From contig NW_021832499.1 in assembly GCF_006345805.1 (NCBI RefSeq), positions 1-30,658 of the forward strand: a stretch of DNA of 30,658 nucleotides, written 5' to 3'. The notes beneath the pieces were generated by a model. The model was not told the origin of the DNA and ran no database searches. It worked only from the letters and a program-made list of their open reading frames with translations. Below, piece after piece: positions 10,201 through 20,766 of the stretch (position 1 is the stretch's first letter; every line of letters starts with the position of its first letter). The position numbers and the translations under genes were made by a program. The stretch is from Octopus sinensis. Its lineage: Eukaryota.

Positions 10201-10520
10201 AATCAAATGTAAGCACAACAGTCATGATATAACGATTTGGGATAGAGAAGAGAAACTGTAAAACTACTTTCCAGAGTCAAAACTATTGAAAAGGTTGCAA
10301 CACGCAACGAAAATTTTAAGAAAATAAAAATAAGAAATAAGTGGAAATTTTACCGGTGAGTGTGTTAAATAATAAGGCACAAAAAGAAAATGACTCTCCC
10401 CAGACACAACAGAATATGCTTCAACACACGAACTCATATAAAGAATCTTGCAAACCAAATCCAAAAATGAAATACTTTCCAGTAGTTTATCATTTAAGTA
10501 TATAAGAGCATGTCTAGATA
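10201..10520 (+). mobile_element. Internally deleted R4/Dong-like LINE 3' fragment interrupted by a short insertion (10275-10473)
   Basis: 10201-10260 duplicates 10546-10605 (KCKHN..DI.IWDREEKL). 10474-10500 matches the tail at 10868-10895. Ends in (TACA)n. Confidence 0.6.
10275..10473 (+). mobile_element. Short unclassified element D, copy 1, 9-bp TSD
   Basis: Aligns end to end with the reverse complement of 18887-19052. Flanked by ACTTTCCAG at 10266-10274 and 10474-10482. Confidence 0.7.
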
Positions 10521-10545
10521 CATACATACACACATACATACAATC

Positions 10546-10895
10546 AATCAAATGTAAGCACAACAGACTTGATATAATGATTTGGGATAGGGAAGAGAAA
10601 CTGTACAGTTGTGGAAATTAGCTGTCCAGCGGATGATAACATAAAGCTGGAGCTCTGTGAAAAGAGAATACTTACGTTGAACTATTGTGAAAATTGCAGT
10701 TACTCTATCCCCATTACAAGTTCCGGTTTATACCTGTAACTATTGGGGCACTGGGATTTGTAACACACTGCTTAAATATCAATCTTGAGAAATTAAGCTT
10801 CTCAAAACCAGAAAGGAGAAAGCTAATTCGAAGACAACAGAACCAATCTGGAACTGTAAATATGTAAAACTTTCCAGAAGTTTATCATTTAGATA
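10546..10895 (+). mobile_element. R4/Dong-like LINE 3' fragment, REL endonuclease
   Basis: KCKHNRLDIMIWDREEKL/CTVVEISCPADDNIK..EK and IPVTIGALGFV..LEKL..GTV, followed by (TA)n. Confidence 0.72.
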
Positions 10896-11115
10896 TATAT
10901 ATATATATATATATTATTATATATATATATATATATATTATATATAAACAAATCAAATTGCGATAAAATAAAAATAATTAAGAATCGCTGGTATTACTAA
11001 CACAAGCCATATATTTTTCATATATCAGTACATTAAGGCGAAATATGTGCTAGGAATACAGAAGCTTGATAAATTAAGTGAAATGAAGATAAAAACATTT
11101 ACTAAACCGGAAAAT

Positions 11116-11187
11116 TCTCAGACTGCAGTTTCTTTCTATTCAGCAAACAAGATAATTTATTTGCCCAGGGAGAATTCTTCAGTGAGA
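11116..11187 (-). ncRNA. Type I hammerhead ribozyme, unit 1 of tandem repeat
   Basis: TCTCA-CTGAAGA-ATTCT...AGAAA-GAAAC-TGCA-GTC-TGAGA. 5-bp stem I, palindromic stem III (ACTGCAGT), GUC site with cleavage between 11121 and 11120. A-A mismatch at the base of stem II. Confidence 0.8.
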
Positions 11188-11510
11188 CCCTGTTTTTCTG
11201 GGATCCTAACTCACTAGAAGCATGTGCTTCTAATGAATTACTCTTCCTAACTAATCATATCACTGCGCAGACTCCGAACGTCCCGACAACACTAGGGAAT
11301 TCTGGTATATCGCCTGGCGCTCATAATTTATCGAGAAATATGTAAACAAATCAAATTGCGATAAAATAAAAATAATTATAATCGCTGGTATTACTAACAC
11401 AAGCCATATATTTTTCATATATCAGTACATTAAGGCGAATATGTGCTAGGAATACAGAAGCTTGATAATTAAGTGAAATGAAGATAAAAACATTTACTAA
11501 ACCGGAAAAT

Positions 11511-11582
11511 TCTCAGACTGCAGTTTCTTTCTATTCAGCAAACAAGATAATTTATTTGCCCAGGGAGAAATCTTCAGTGAGA
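11511..11582 (-). ncRNA. Type I hammerhead ribozyme, unit 2 of tandem repeat
   Basis: TCTCA-CTGAAGA-TTTCT..GCAAATA/TGTTTGC..AGAAA-GAAAC-TGCA-GTC-TGAGA. All core positions canonical, stem II fully paired, cleavage between 11516 and 11515. Confidence 0.87.
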
Positions 11583-11711
11583 CCCTGTTTTTCTGGGATC
11601 CTAACTCACTAGAAGCATGTGCTTCTAATGATTACTCTTCCTAACTAATCATATCACTGCGCAGACTCCGAACGTCCCGACAACACTAGGGAATATATAT
11701 ATATATATATA

Positions 11712-12146
11712 TACTAGCAGTATTGCCCGGCGATGCTCGGGTTTGTTTCGACCCTTTAGAACTGAAATTTTTGGTAAGTAAAAATTCTGCATTATGTAGC
11801 TTGTTATTCTCTTTAAGAGAACCTTTTTCTGGTTGAAATACACCGAAAAATGGCGACACAGCAGTCAAAAAATCGTAAAAAATAGGGATTTTCATAGAAA
11901 AAGAGCACCTTTTTGATGTAAATAATTTTTGGTCTTAACATGGTCCGATTTGAAATTTTTCTTCTACGGAATGAAGATCAAGCCTTCTTCTATCATACTC
12001 TCAATTTTGGTCAAGTTGCGCCGCAGGGTCTCGGAGGAGATAGTATAAGTTGAAGGGAGTAGTTAGGAAAATGTGGGAGTAGTTAGGAATCTAAATTGGA
12101 GGAGACAGACTCTCACACAAACAACTTCAGTTTTATATATAAAGAT
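11712..12146 (+). mobile_element. Probable non-autonomous Helitron/Helentron-type (HINE, DINE-1/Lep1-like) element
   Basis: Starts TACTAGCAGTATTGCCCGGCGATGCTCGGG with a short subterminal inverted repeat and ends ACAGACTCTCACACAAACAACTTCAGTTTTATATATAAAGAT. Sits in TA context. Similarity judged from memory of family ends. Confidence 0.45.
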
Positions 12147-12345
12147 ATATATGAACATGTCTAGATATGCAAGTATATGCATGAGAAAGCATGCATAAAG
12201 CAAAACATACAAATCTTCACGTATACATACGTACAAAAATAATCTGTTCATGTTGTTCAAAATCCACTGAAGGAACTTTGGATCTAGGTGAGAAACCGGC
12301 TCATTCTATATTGGCAAGAAATCTTGAAATAAAACTGAATAGTGA

Positions 12346-12885
12346 CATACATACATACATACATACATACATACATACATACATACATACATACACACAC
12401 ACATACATACACACATACATACATACATACATACATACATACATACATACATACATACATACACACACACATACATACATACATACACACACACATACAT
12501 ACATACGATCAAACATACATACACACACATACATACATACATACATACACACATACATACATACACATACATACATACATACACACACATACATACATAT
12601 ACACACACATACATACATACATACATACATACATACATACACACATGCATACATACATACATACACACACATACATACATACATATACACACACACACAC
12701 ACACACACATACATACATACATACATACATACATACATACATACATACATACATACATACATACATACATACACACACATACATACATACACACAGACAT
12801 ACACACATACATTCATATACACACACACATACACACATACATACATACATACATACACACACATACACACATACATACATACATA
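12346..12885. repeat. (TACA)n/(CA)n microsatellite array
   Basis: About 540 bp of ACAT repeats. Source of the spurious HTYI/MYVC ORFs. Confidence 0.97.
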
Positions 12886-13128
12886 TGAATACGTATTTAA
12901 AACAGAAACGATCAAGCAGAGAATGAGAACGAGAGAGAGAGATGAAAAGAATGAGAACGAGAGAAAGAGGGAAGGAAAGGGATCCGTGTGTGCATTGTAT
13001 TACAATCAACAAACCCGATTGTTTGTTGATTGTAACATGTTGGAAAAACAGCAACTGGATCGGTCAGTTAGTGATTCGGTTACTGGACCGGCAGCTAGAT
13101 GCGAATATAAATAGACACGTACACTTAG

Positions 13129-13167
<39 letters not shown>

Positions 13168-13263
13168 CACACACGCACGCACACAAGTAAATACATATAT
13201 GTAATATATACACACACACACACACCACACACATATATATATACACACACACATATATATATA

Positions 13264-13299
<36 letters not shown>

Positions 13300-13498
13300 C
13301 GTGTGTGTAATATACGTGTGCCTTTGTGTAGGTGTATAAAGATGGATCACAAGAATACATATATTATGTTTTTTTACTTGATATCTAACCACGAATGTCG
13401 TTATACATACATGTGGTTGTACACGTTTACACACATGCACACAAACAACCTCATACACACTCACATACACAAAGACATACATACATACATGCATATAT

Positions 13499-13737
13499 GT
13501 TGAAACATTCCTGTCACAACCTGGGACCTTGAAGACTGCTTCAATGCAAGAAAGTATACTAGTCCCTTAATATTCAATATTCAATATTTCATCTATTCAA
13601 TAAGACAATCAATACTTCATTACATTTTACTATATATATATTATTTATACTATATATTCTATATTCTACATTAATATTATAAAGAATATAAATAAAACAC
13701 AAAAAATAGAGTTGGAATTCCTTTGAATAATATATAT
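13499..13737 (+). mobile_element. About 240-bp dispersed module, copy 1, with variant HHR-like motif at 13523-13566
   Basis: Near-identical to 26666-26900. Microsatellite-flanked. GGGAC-CTTGAAGA-CTGC..GCAA-GAAAG-TATA-CTA-GTCCC. Confidence 0.7.
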
Positions 13738-14184
13738 CCCTCTATACACAATCATACAAACCCCTTTATATATATATAAAACTTACTTAGAAGTGGATGC
13801 GTGGCGTTCTATCATATAATAACAAAATAATAAATGAAACATATGCATATATACATACATATATGTACGTAGCTACATCTATATGTATATATACATGCAT
13901 ATATGGGTACAGGACACTAAAAAAACGTCAAGCACAATGAGAAACGAAAACGTAAACACAAAACCAAGGAAATGGACATTTTTCTTAAACAACGAAAAAA
14001 TAGAGTACAAGACATACAACACAAGGAACATTCCCCTTCTTCAGCCGCCTCTGTTTCATCTACTCCGCGTTTCGAAGGTAAAGGCGAGACACGACTTCAT
14101 TGAAACAGTCCTTCACGCAAATCAAATTAAATAAAATTTGAGATTTTTTTGCTGCTAGCGTTCTTTAAGATGCTAGCTTGATAG

Positions 14185-14765
14185 CTTCCTGTAGACAGGC
14201 ATTGATCTCTGGTCGCTATGATAAACCTGTTTCTGATTTGAAAACAGAGGACGCTTACTACTGATGGGTATGAGTTTTGTCAATATCAACATTGTTAGCT
14301 CTCTTTGGGTATTTAGCTTGAAGTGGTTTTTCCTGCCATTTGCCAGTAAAATTACTTAAGGCTGCATTTTTGATAAGAATTTTCATATGCTTAGTTTTTT
14401 CTGTGCTAGTCTTAGTTCATCTAATTCTGGGACTTCATGTATTTGGAACTCTTTAAAACATTTTCTTGCCTCTCTTTTTACTGAATATAATCTTTCGCTG
14501 TTTTCATACTTGAAAACAGCTTTCAGCATCCAGTCCTCACAGTTTTTCCAAATAAGTGATTAGGCTAATCAAGGCAATTTTCAGTGACAATTCAAGTTGT
14601 AAGAGTCCACTACCTCGTTCTCTTCTCAGTAAGTAGAGTCGTTCCATGTCTGCTTTAGGGTGGTACATTCTATTGATTGTCAAAAATTTTCAAATTCTCT
14701 ATGAAGTTACGACTGGTATGGCTGAAATCCGGTTTCTTGCGTTTGGCACAGTCTTCAGTATTGCC
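14185..14765 (-). mobile_element. R4/Dong-like LINE internal fragment (RT C-terminal region)
   Basis: NARNRISAIPVVT..KFLTINRMYHPKADMERLYLLRRERGSGLLQLE..EDWMLKAV..WQEKPLQAKYPKRANNVDIDK, disrupted by stops and frameshifts. Confidence 0.78.
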
Positions 14766-15394
14766 CTTTCCCTGCGACAGCATTCTTGGCTCTTTTCGGT
14801 TTGAACGGCAGTTTTTAACATAATTTCTAGGTAACTAAATACTTTAAAACTGCGTATACTGGTAGAATGTGTTTATAAAACGTTTTTTCTCTTGGCTTTA
14901 TAGAGAAAATTTTATAGTTTGTAAGATATTTGTTGTTTTTTTTCTTTAATTTCTGCAATTTCAACCAATCAGTGACGTCTATTGAGTTAAAAAGCATTCT
15001 GTGTCGTATGAATACGTCCCTCGTTTAAGAAACAGATTGGGTTTATTTACATTTGTGAAGAAAAAAGATACCCTTCCCCCACCCCTAACCCTAACCCTAA
15101 GAGATTGAAATGCAATAGATCGATTCTAGAGTCATAATTATGTGTGACAATTTCATATGACACCGCTAGAAAAAACTGCCGTTCAAACCGAAAAGATCCG
15201 CATTCTTTTCCGATCTTTGCCCTCATTGTTGATGGTTTGATTCCATCGCCTTCACGAATCCCCCACACACATACACACGCCCAAGTATTTAAACCCTTCC
15301 ATCTCCTTTACGACAGTTTGTTCATCAAGTTCAACGTTGGAAGTTTTTGACAGTTTCCTTCTCGTGAATGTAGCTTGCTGACAGTATCGTTAAC

Positions 15395-15609
15395 ATAAAC
15401 GGACAAAATGGTTAGCGGCATTTCGTCTGTCTTCATGATCTGAGTTCAAACCCCGCCGAGGCCGACTTTGCCTTTTATCCTTTCGGGGTCGATAAATTAA
15501 GTACCAGTGAAACATTGGTGTCCATGTAATTGACTTGTTCCCTTCCACCAAATTTCAGGTCTTATGCCTTTGGTAGAAAGGTTTATTATTATTATTATCA
15601 TCGTTATTA

Positions 15610-15667
<58 letters not shown>

Positions 15668-16422
15668 AGCGGCGAGCTGGCCGAATCGTTAGCACGCCAG
15701 GCGAGTTCAAATTCTGCCAAAGTCGACTTTGCCTTTCAACCTTTCGTGGTCGATAAATTAAGTACCAGTGAAACGCTGGGGGTCCATGTAATCGACTAGC
15801 CTCCTCCTCCACAATATCAGGCCTTGTGCCATTAGTAGAAAGGATTATTAAAGCCGCCAGCTGGCACGCCGGGCGAAATGCTTAGCGGTATTCTGTCTCT
15901 TGCTACGTTCTGAGTTCAAATTCCGCCGAGGTCGACTTTGCCTTTCATCCTTTCGGGGTCGATTAAATAAGTACCAGTTACGCTCTGGGGTCGATATAAT
16001 CGACTTAATCCGTTTGTCTGTCCTTGTTTGTCTCTTCTATGTTTAGCCCCTTGTGGGTAGTAAAAAATAGGTATTTTGTCTGTCACTACGTTTTGAGTTC
16101 AAATTCCGCCGTGGTCGACTTTGCTTTCACCCTTTCGAGGTCGATGAATTAAGTACCAGTAAAACATTGCCCTTGTCGCAAAATTTGAAACCATTATTTT
16201 TAAAGGTGACAAGCTGGCGGAACCCTTAGAGTGTTGGGGAAAAAAAGAGATTTGCGGTGTTTCTGCAGACTCACTGTTCTGTGTTCAAATTCTGCTGAAA
16301 TCGATCGTTTTTTATTTATTTTTTTATTCTTTCAGAGTTGATAAAATAAGGGCCAGTTGAGGCAGAGAGATCGATGTAATCGACTAGTCCAACCCACCAA
16401 AAAATTTCAGCTCTTATGCCTA

Positions 16423-16425
<3 letters not shown>
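15395..16425 (+). mobile_element. Head-to-tail cluster of five SINE family A copies
   Basis: Copies at about 15395-15585, 15666-15850, 15851-16070, 16072-16198 and 16201-16425, each with GAGTTCAAAT..GTCGACTTTGCC.. or a degenerate form. (ATT)n between the first two. Confidence 0.85.
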
Positions 16426-16457
<32 letters not shown>

Positions 16458-16641
16458 ATGGTGATGGTGGTGGAGGGGGTAACGAGGAGTTGTCACGACA
16501 CAAATTGATATCGTACGACAAGTGTATGAGTGACGTTCAATTTCCATCAGGTGTCTGTGACGTTGCTGCTGCTGCTACTACTGCTGCTACTGCTGCTGCT
16601 GGTGTAGTTAGGGGCAACAAGTCAGTCAAGCCTTCCATCCC

Positions 16642-16693
<52 letters not shown>

Positions 16694-16984
16694 CTAATGA
16701 TATTTAAGTCTATTAAGATAACATTTCACAAACATTGCCTAAGAATAAATAATTCCATAGAAAAATAAAACAGGGCAAAGACAAACAAGACAATGATAAC
16801 CATAACAACATCAACAACAACAAAATAATGATGATAGTAGTAGTAGTAGTAATAATAATAATAATAATAATAATAATAGTAATTAATGATGACAACAAGA
16901 TGAACGATAAGAGTAAACGTTTAACACTACAACACGGAAAAACAACAGGAAATGTGTTGTACAAACATTTATTGACATGTTAAT

Positions 16985-17615
16985 AGAGGTGGTGGTGGTA
17001 ATGATGATGGTAGCGCTGGCAATGGTGGTGGAGGTGGTGGTGGTGGTGGTTTTGGTGGTGGTGGTGGTCGGTGGTGGTGGTGGTTTTGGTGCTGCTGGTA
17101 ATGATGATGGTAGCGCTGGCAATGGTGGTGGAGGTGGTAGTGGTGGTGGTGGTCGGTGGTGGGTGGTGGTGATGGTAATGATGATGGTAGCGCTGGCAAT
17201 GGTGGTGGAGGTGGTAGCGGTGGTGATGGTAGTGGTTGTCGGTGGTGGTGATGGTGGTGGTAATGATGATGGTAGCGCTGGTAATGGTGGTGGAGGTGGT
17301 AGCGGTGGTGATGGTTGTGGTTGTCGGTGGTGGTGATGGTGGTGGTAATGATGATGGTAGCGCTGGTAATGGTGGTGGAGGTGGTAGTGGTGGTGGTAGT
17401 GGTGATCGGTGGTGGTGGTGGTAGTAATGATGAAGGTAGACTGGTAATGGTGGTGGAGGTGGTGGTGGTAGCGGTGATGGGGTGATTGGAGTGGTGATGA
17501 TGGTGGTGGTGGTGGTGGCGGTAGTGGTGATGGTGATAATGGTGTCGGTGGTGGTGATAATGATGGTGTTGTTATTGTTGTTGTTGGTGGTGGTAGTGGT
17601 GGTGGTGGTGGTGAT
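16985..17615. repeat. GGT-rich minisatellite, six core copies at 77-100-bp spacing
   Basis: Core GTAATGATGATGGTAGCGCTGGYAATGGTGGTGGAGGTGGT at about 16999, 17099, 17176, 17261 and 17346, degenerate at about 17424. Confidence 0.85.
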
Positions 17616-17992
17616 GACAAAGTGACGATTATGATGATTGAATAGTGACAGTCGTGAAAGAAGTGGAAAAGCGATTGTAGTGGAGAAGTGGCTGTTGAGT
17701 CGGTAGAGCACCGGTCATGGTAGGTAGTGATGGAGCGGGTGATAATTATAATAGAGCGCTGTGATGGATTCCTATATCTTATTCAAACAAAATACCCGGT
17801 GAATGTGACTTTGAAGTTTCGCCAGCAACTTCGAAGTCACAGTCATCTCGCATTTCGCTTGAATTCTCATTTCATCAGTCCTTGTCTCCCACAGCACAGT
17901 CAACTCCATGATGGCCACATGACACCTATTTGGCGTAAGTACTAGATCAAGTGCCAAGGCCGTGATCATTATAAGCATACATAAATATATAT

Positions 17993-18612
17993 ATTTCTTT
18001 ACTACCCACAAGGGGCTAAACACAGAGGGGACAAACAAGGACACACACATGGATTAAATCGATTACATCGACCCCTGTGCGTAACTGGTACTTAATTTAT
18101 CGATCCAGAAAGGATGAAAGGCAAAGTCGACCTCGGCGGAATTTGAACTCAGAACGTAATGGCAGACGAAATACGGCTACGCATTTCGGCCGGCGTGCTT
18201 AACGTTTCTGCCAGCTCGCCGCCTTAAAAATATAAATTTCTTCACTACCCACAAGGGGCTAAACACAGAGGGGACAAACAAGGACAGACAAACGGATTAA
18301 GTCGATTATATCGACTCCAGTGCGTAACTGGTACTTATTTAATCGACCCCGAAAGGATGAAAGGCAAAGTTGACCTCGGCGGAATTTGAACTCAGAACGT
18401 AGCGGCTGACGAAATACTTATTTCTTTACTACCCAGAAGGGGCTATACGTAAATATATATTCTTTTATTTGCTTCAGTCACTGAGGTTTACTTTGGCTTT
18501 CATCATTTCAGGATCCATGGAATAAGTACCAGTTGAGAGCTAAAATCAATATAATCGACTTGCCCCAGTCTGCGAAAATTTCCTAGCCTTGTGCCAAAAT
18601 TTGAAACCAATA
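17993..18612. mobile_element. Cluster of SINE family A copies (17993-18225 minus, 18233-18417 minus, tail 18418-18446 minus, degenerate 18485-18612 plus)
   Basis: Repeated GGATGAAAGGCAAAGT.GACCTCGGCGGAATTTGAACTCAGAAC and tail CCCACAAGGGGCTAAACACAGAGGGG. Confidence 0.85.
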
Positions 18613-18762
18613 AATGTATTCGACTACTTCTACCTAAAGATTTCTATTATTTATCTATCTAATGCCCTCTTTCGCTTTCTTTTCCTTGCTCTCTCTATCT
18701 TTCTCTTTCTCTTCCTCTCTCTATGTATCTGTATTCCTCTCTCCGTCTAAATACATACGTAC

Positions 18763-18793
<31 letters not shown>

Positions 18794-18886
18794 CATACAT
18801 ACATACATACATGCAAACATACATACGCATACTACACACACGTCTTTCTGTCTCACTATTTGAATATGGATATATCTCTCTTATCT

Positions 18887-19052
18887 GTTTCGTTTTGGGA
18901 TTTGGTTTGCAAGATTCTTTATATGAGTTTGTGTGTTGAAGCATATTGTATTGTGTCTGGGGAGAGTCACCGGTAAAATTTCCACTTCTTTTCTTATTTT
19001 TCTTTTCCTAAAATTTTCCTTACCACTTGCAACCTTTTCAATAGTCTTGACT
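18887..19052 (-). mobile_element. Short unclassified element D, copy 2, 9-bp TSD
   Basis: Flanked by CTCTTATCT at 18878-18886 and 19053-19061. Lacks a 34-bp internal segment present in copy 1. Confidence 0.7.
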
Positions 19053-19392
19053 CTCTTATCTATATCTATGTACAATAAGAACATATTAAGTTCTTTTTGA
19101 AAGTTCTGTATCACGCAACTACCAGAAAAATCTGAGTGTTACACGAAAAATGAAATGGAAAGCCGATTTTGCCTTCAACAATGGTACGTCGAGTTCAACT
19201 TTCGGTTTTAAAACTTGTAAGACCCCTACACACACAAATGAAGAATAAGATCCGTAAAGGACCAAATTCGATAAGTCAAAAAATGTTTAACCATTATCCA
19301 ATAACTTCTAGAATATACTGTGAGAATTGGTTGAACTCTTGAAAAATTTGCCAAAATTAATTCATTAGAAGTAACAAATCTAATAATGTAGA

Positions 19393-19530
19393 CGTAGGAG
19401 TGGCAGTGTGGTAAGTAGCTTGCTTACGAACCACATGTGTGATAAGTAGCTTGCTTATGAACCACATGGTTCCGGGTTCATTCCCACTGCGTGGCACCTT
19501 GGGCAAGTGTCTTCTACTATAGCCTCGGGC
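19393..19530 (+). mobile_element. SINE family B 5' fragment with about 30-bp internal duplication
   Basis: TAAGTAGCTTGCTTA.GAACCACATG occurs twice, then GGTTCCGGGTTCA..GGCACCTTGGGCAAGTGTCTTCTACTATAGCC. Confidence 0.8.
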
Positions 19531-20721
19531 CACTCTTGCGCCTGTATGTAGTAGAAGAAATAAAAATAGCAGTATCACTGATATATTTTAAAAATTCGTT
19601 TAACAATTTACAGCTGCTTTAGCTCCACCTTCACAATATGTCTTAACAGAAGTAGGTGAAGAGAACAATTCTAAAAATTCTATACAATACGAGCGCTTTC
19701 CTAAACTCGCAAAGCGAAATTTTTGGGTACTGTCCTCTCGAGCGCAAATTCGCTCTGGCAACGTGTTCATGTCACTTTTTGAACTACAGAATGACACTCA
19801 CACAGTTTACACACCTCACTCGCGGCTAACACCAATCCTTTCTTGTCCTCTCTTTCTTAACCAAAATAGTTTTCACTAAATTTAGTTCCACCCTTTTGGA
19901 TACCACGGAACCAACCTAGAATTAATGTATCTCTAGCACTTCCGGCCAATAATTCCGAAGATTTGTCGATATTGTCAAGAAGTAAGATCCAGCGCGAAAC
20001 CGACGTAATATTCTGACCAGTTATATACTATAACTAGGATTATATTGTCTGATGATACAAAAATATACAGAGTATGCTTCTATTTCTGACAATGTACTAT
20101 GTTCTTTTCTATTTTTAATTATATAAATGTTTCCTTTTGAGACACCAGATAGACATTTTTTTTCTATTCCAAAGAAAAACGATTTTATTCACACAAATAT
20201 GAAACCGAAGAGCTTAAAGTACCAGTAATGATAAGGCTGTTGACTGGGAGAACAAAAACATAGTTTAAAGAGTAAGCTTGGCAGGAAAGAAACGTGCCTT
20301 TAAGCAGTACAAAAACAACAAAAAATGGAAGGTGCGTAATGCTCTGCACTGCTTTGGACTACGTCAGCAAGGTCGAGAGAGGAATCCTGACGATTGGGTT
20401 AGCCAGGATTTTCTTACATCTAGCCCAGGCTTGCGCAAAACTGGAGAGAACATGAAATGTAAAAATCAGACTGGATTAGTTTATGCACAACTCCATTGTC
20501 TCCCGAGACAAAAGGATGCCAACAAAATTTTTCCTTTGAAAAAGGAGTTGGTTTCTAACAAAGTTACAAAGCTTTATCGTTGGAATGTAGTCTTACAATT
20601 CAAATAGGTACTATTCAAAATACACACGGAATAACAGAAGTTTTGCGTATACCGGACCACGGAATAGTAAGATACGCGGTTTTTTCGGGTACTTTGAACT
20701 GTTGGTGACCCAACACGTCAG

Positions 20722-20764
<43 letters not shown>

Positions 20765-20766
<2 letters not shown>

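Larger units (their letters stand above)
10945..11694 (-). mobile_element. Tandem 1.9-mer of a 398-bp non-coding HHR-bearing unit (candidate non-LTR retrozyme or non-autonomous PLE derivative)
   Basis: Unit 10945-11342 repeated at 11343-11694 (second copy lacks about 45 bp) with near identity. (TA)n on both sides. One HHR per unit. No meaningful ORF. Confidence 0.8.

Noticed and set aside
12191-13114. 307-aa and other HTYI/MYVC/YI-repeat ORFs here and at 811-2029, 21126-23413, 27484-28924 and 29964-30557
   Set aside because: Stop-free frames of TACA, CA and TA microsatellites.
14020-14080. Minus-strand GAAAC..GTA..CTGAAGA as a type II hammerhead
   Set aside because: Stem I cannot pair and stem II pairing would consume core G8/A9.
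14725-14765. Minus-strand CTGAAGA..GAAAC
   Set aside because: Lies in the coding frame of the R4-like LINE (LKTVPNARNRIS), with no valid cleavage triplet or stem I.
15083-15100. (CCCTAA)3 telomere-like motif
   Set aside because: Only three units within what looks like an unclassified interspersed repeat. Too short to call an interstitial telomere.
15395-16425. Regularly recurring sequence resembling a CRISPR-like array
   Set aside because: The recurring units are whole SINE copies of about 200 bp in eukaryotic DNA, not short repeats with unique spacers.
16883-17711. Pro/Thr/His-rich and Gly-rich ORFs resembling extensins or mucins
   Set aside because: Frames of the GGT minisatellite. Unit lengths break the frame and there are no splice or codon signals.
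17835-17885. Minus-strand CTGATGA..GAAAT
   Set aside because: G at the cleavage position, stems I and II unpaired.
20044-20096. ATTGTC TGATGA..GACAAT
   Set aside because: Flanking complementarity present but no GAAA element.
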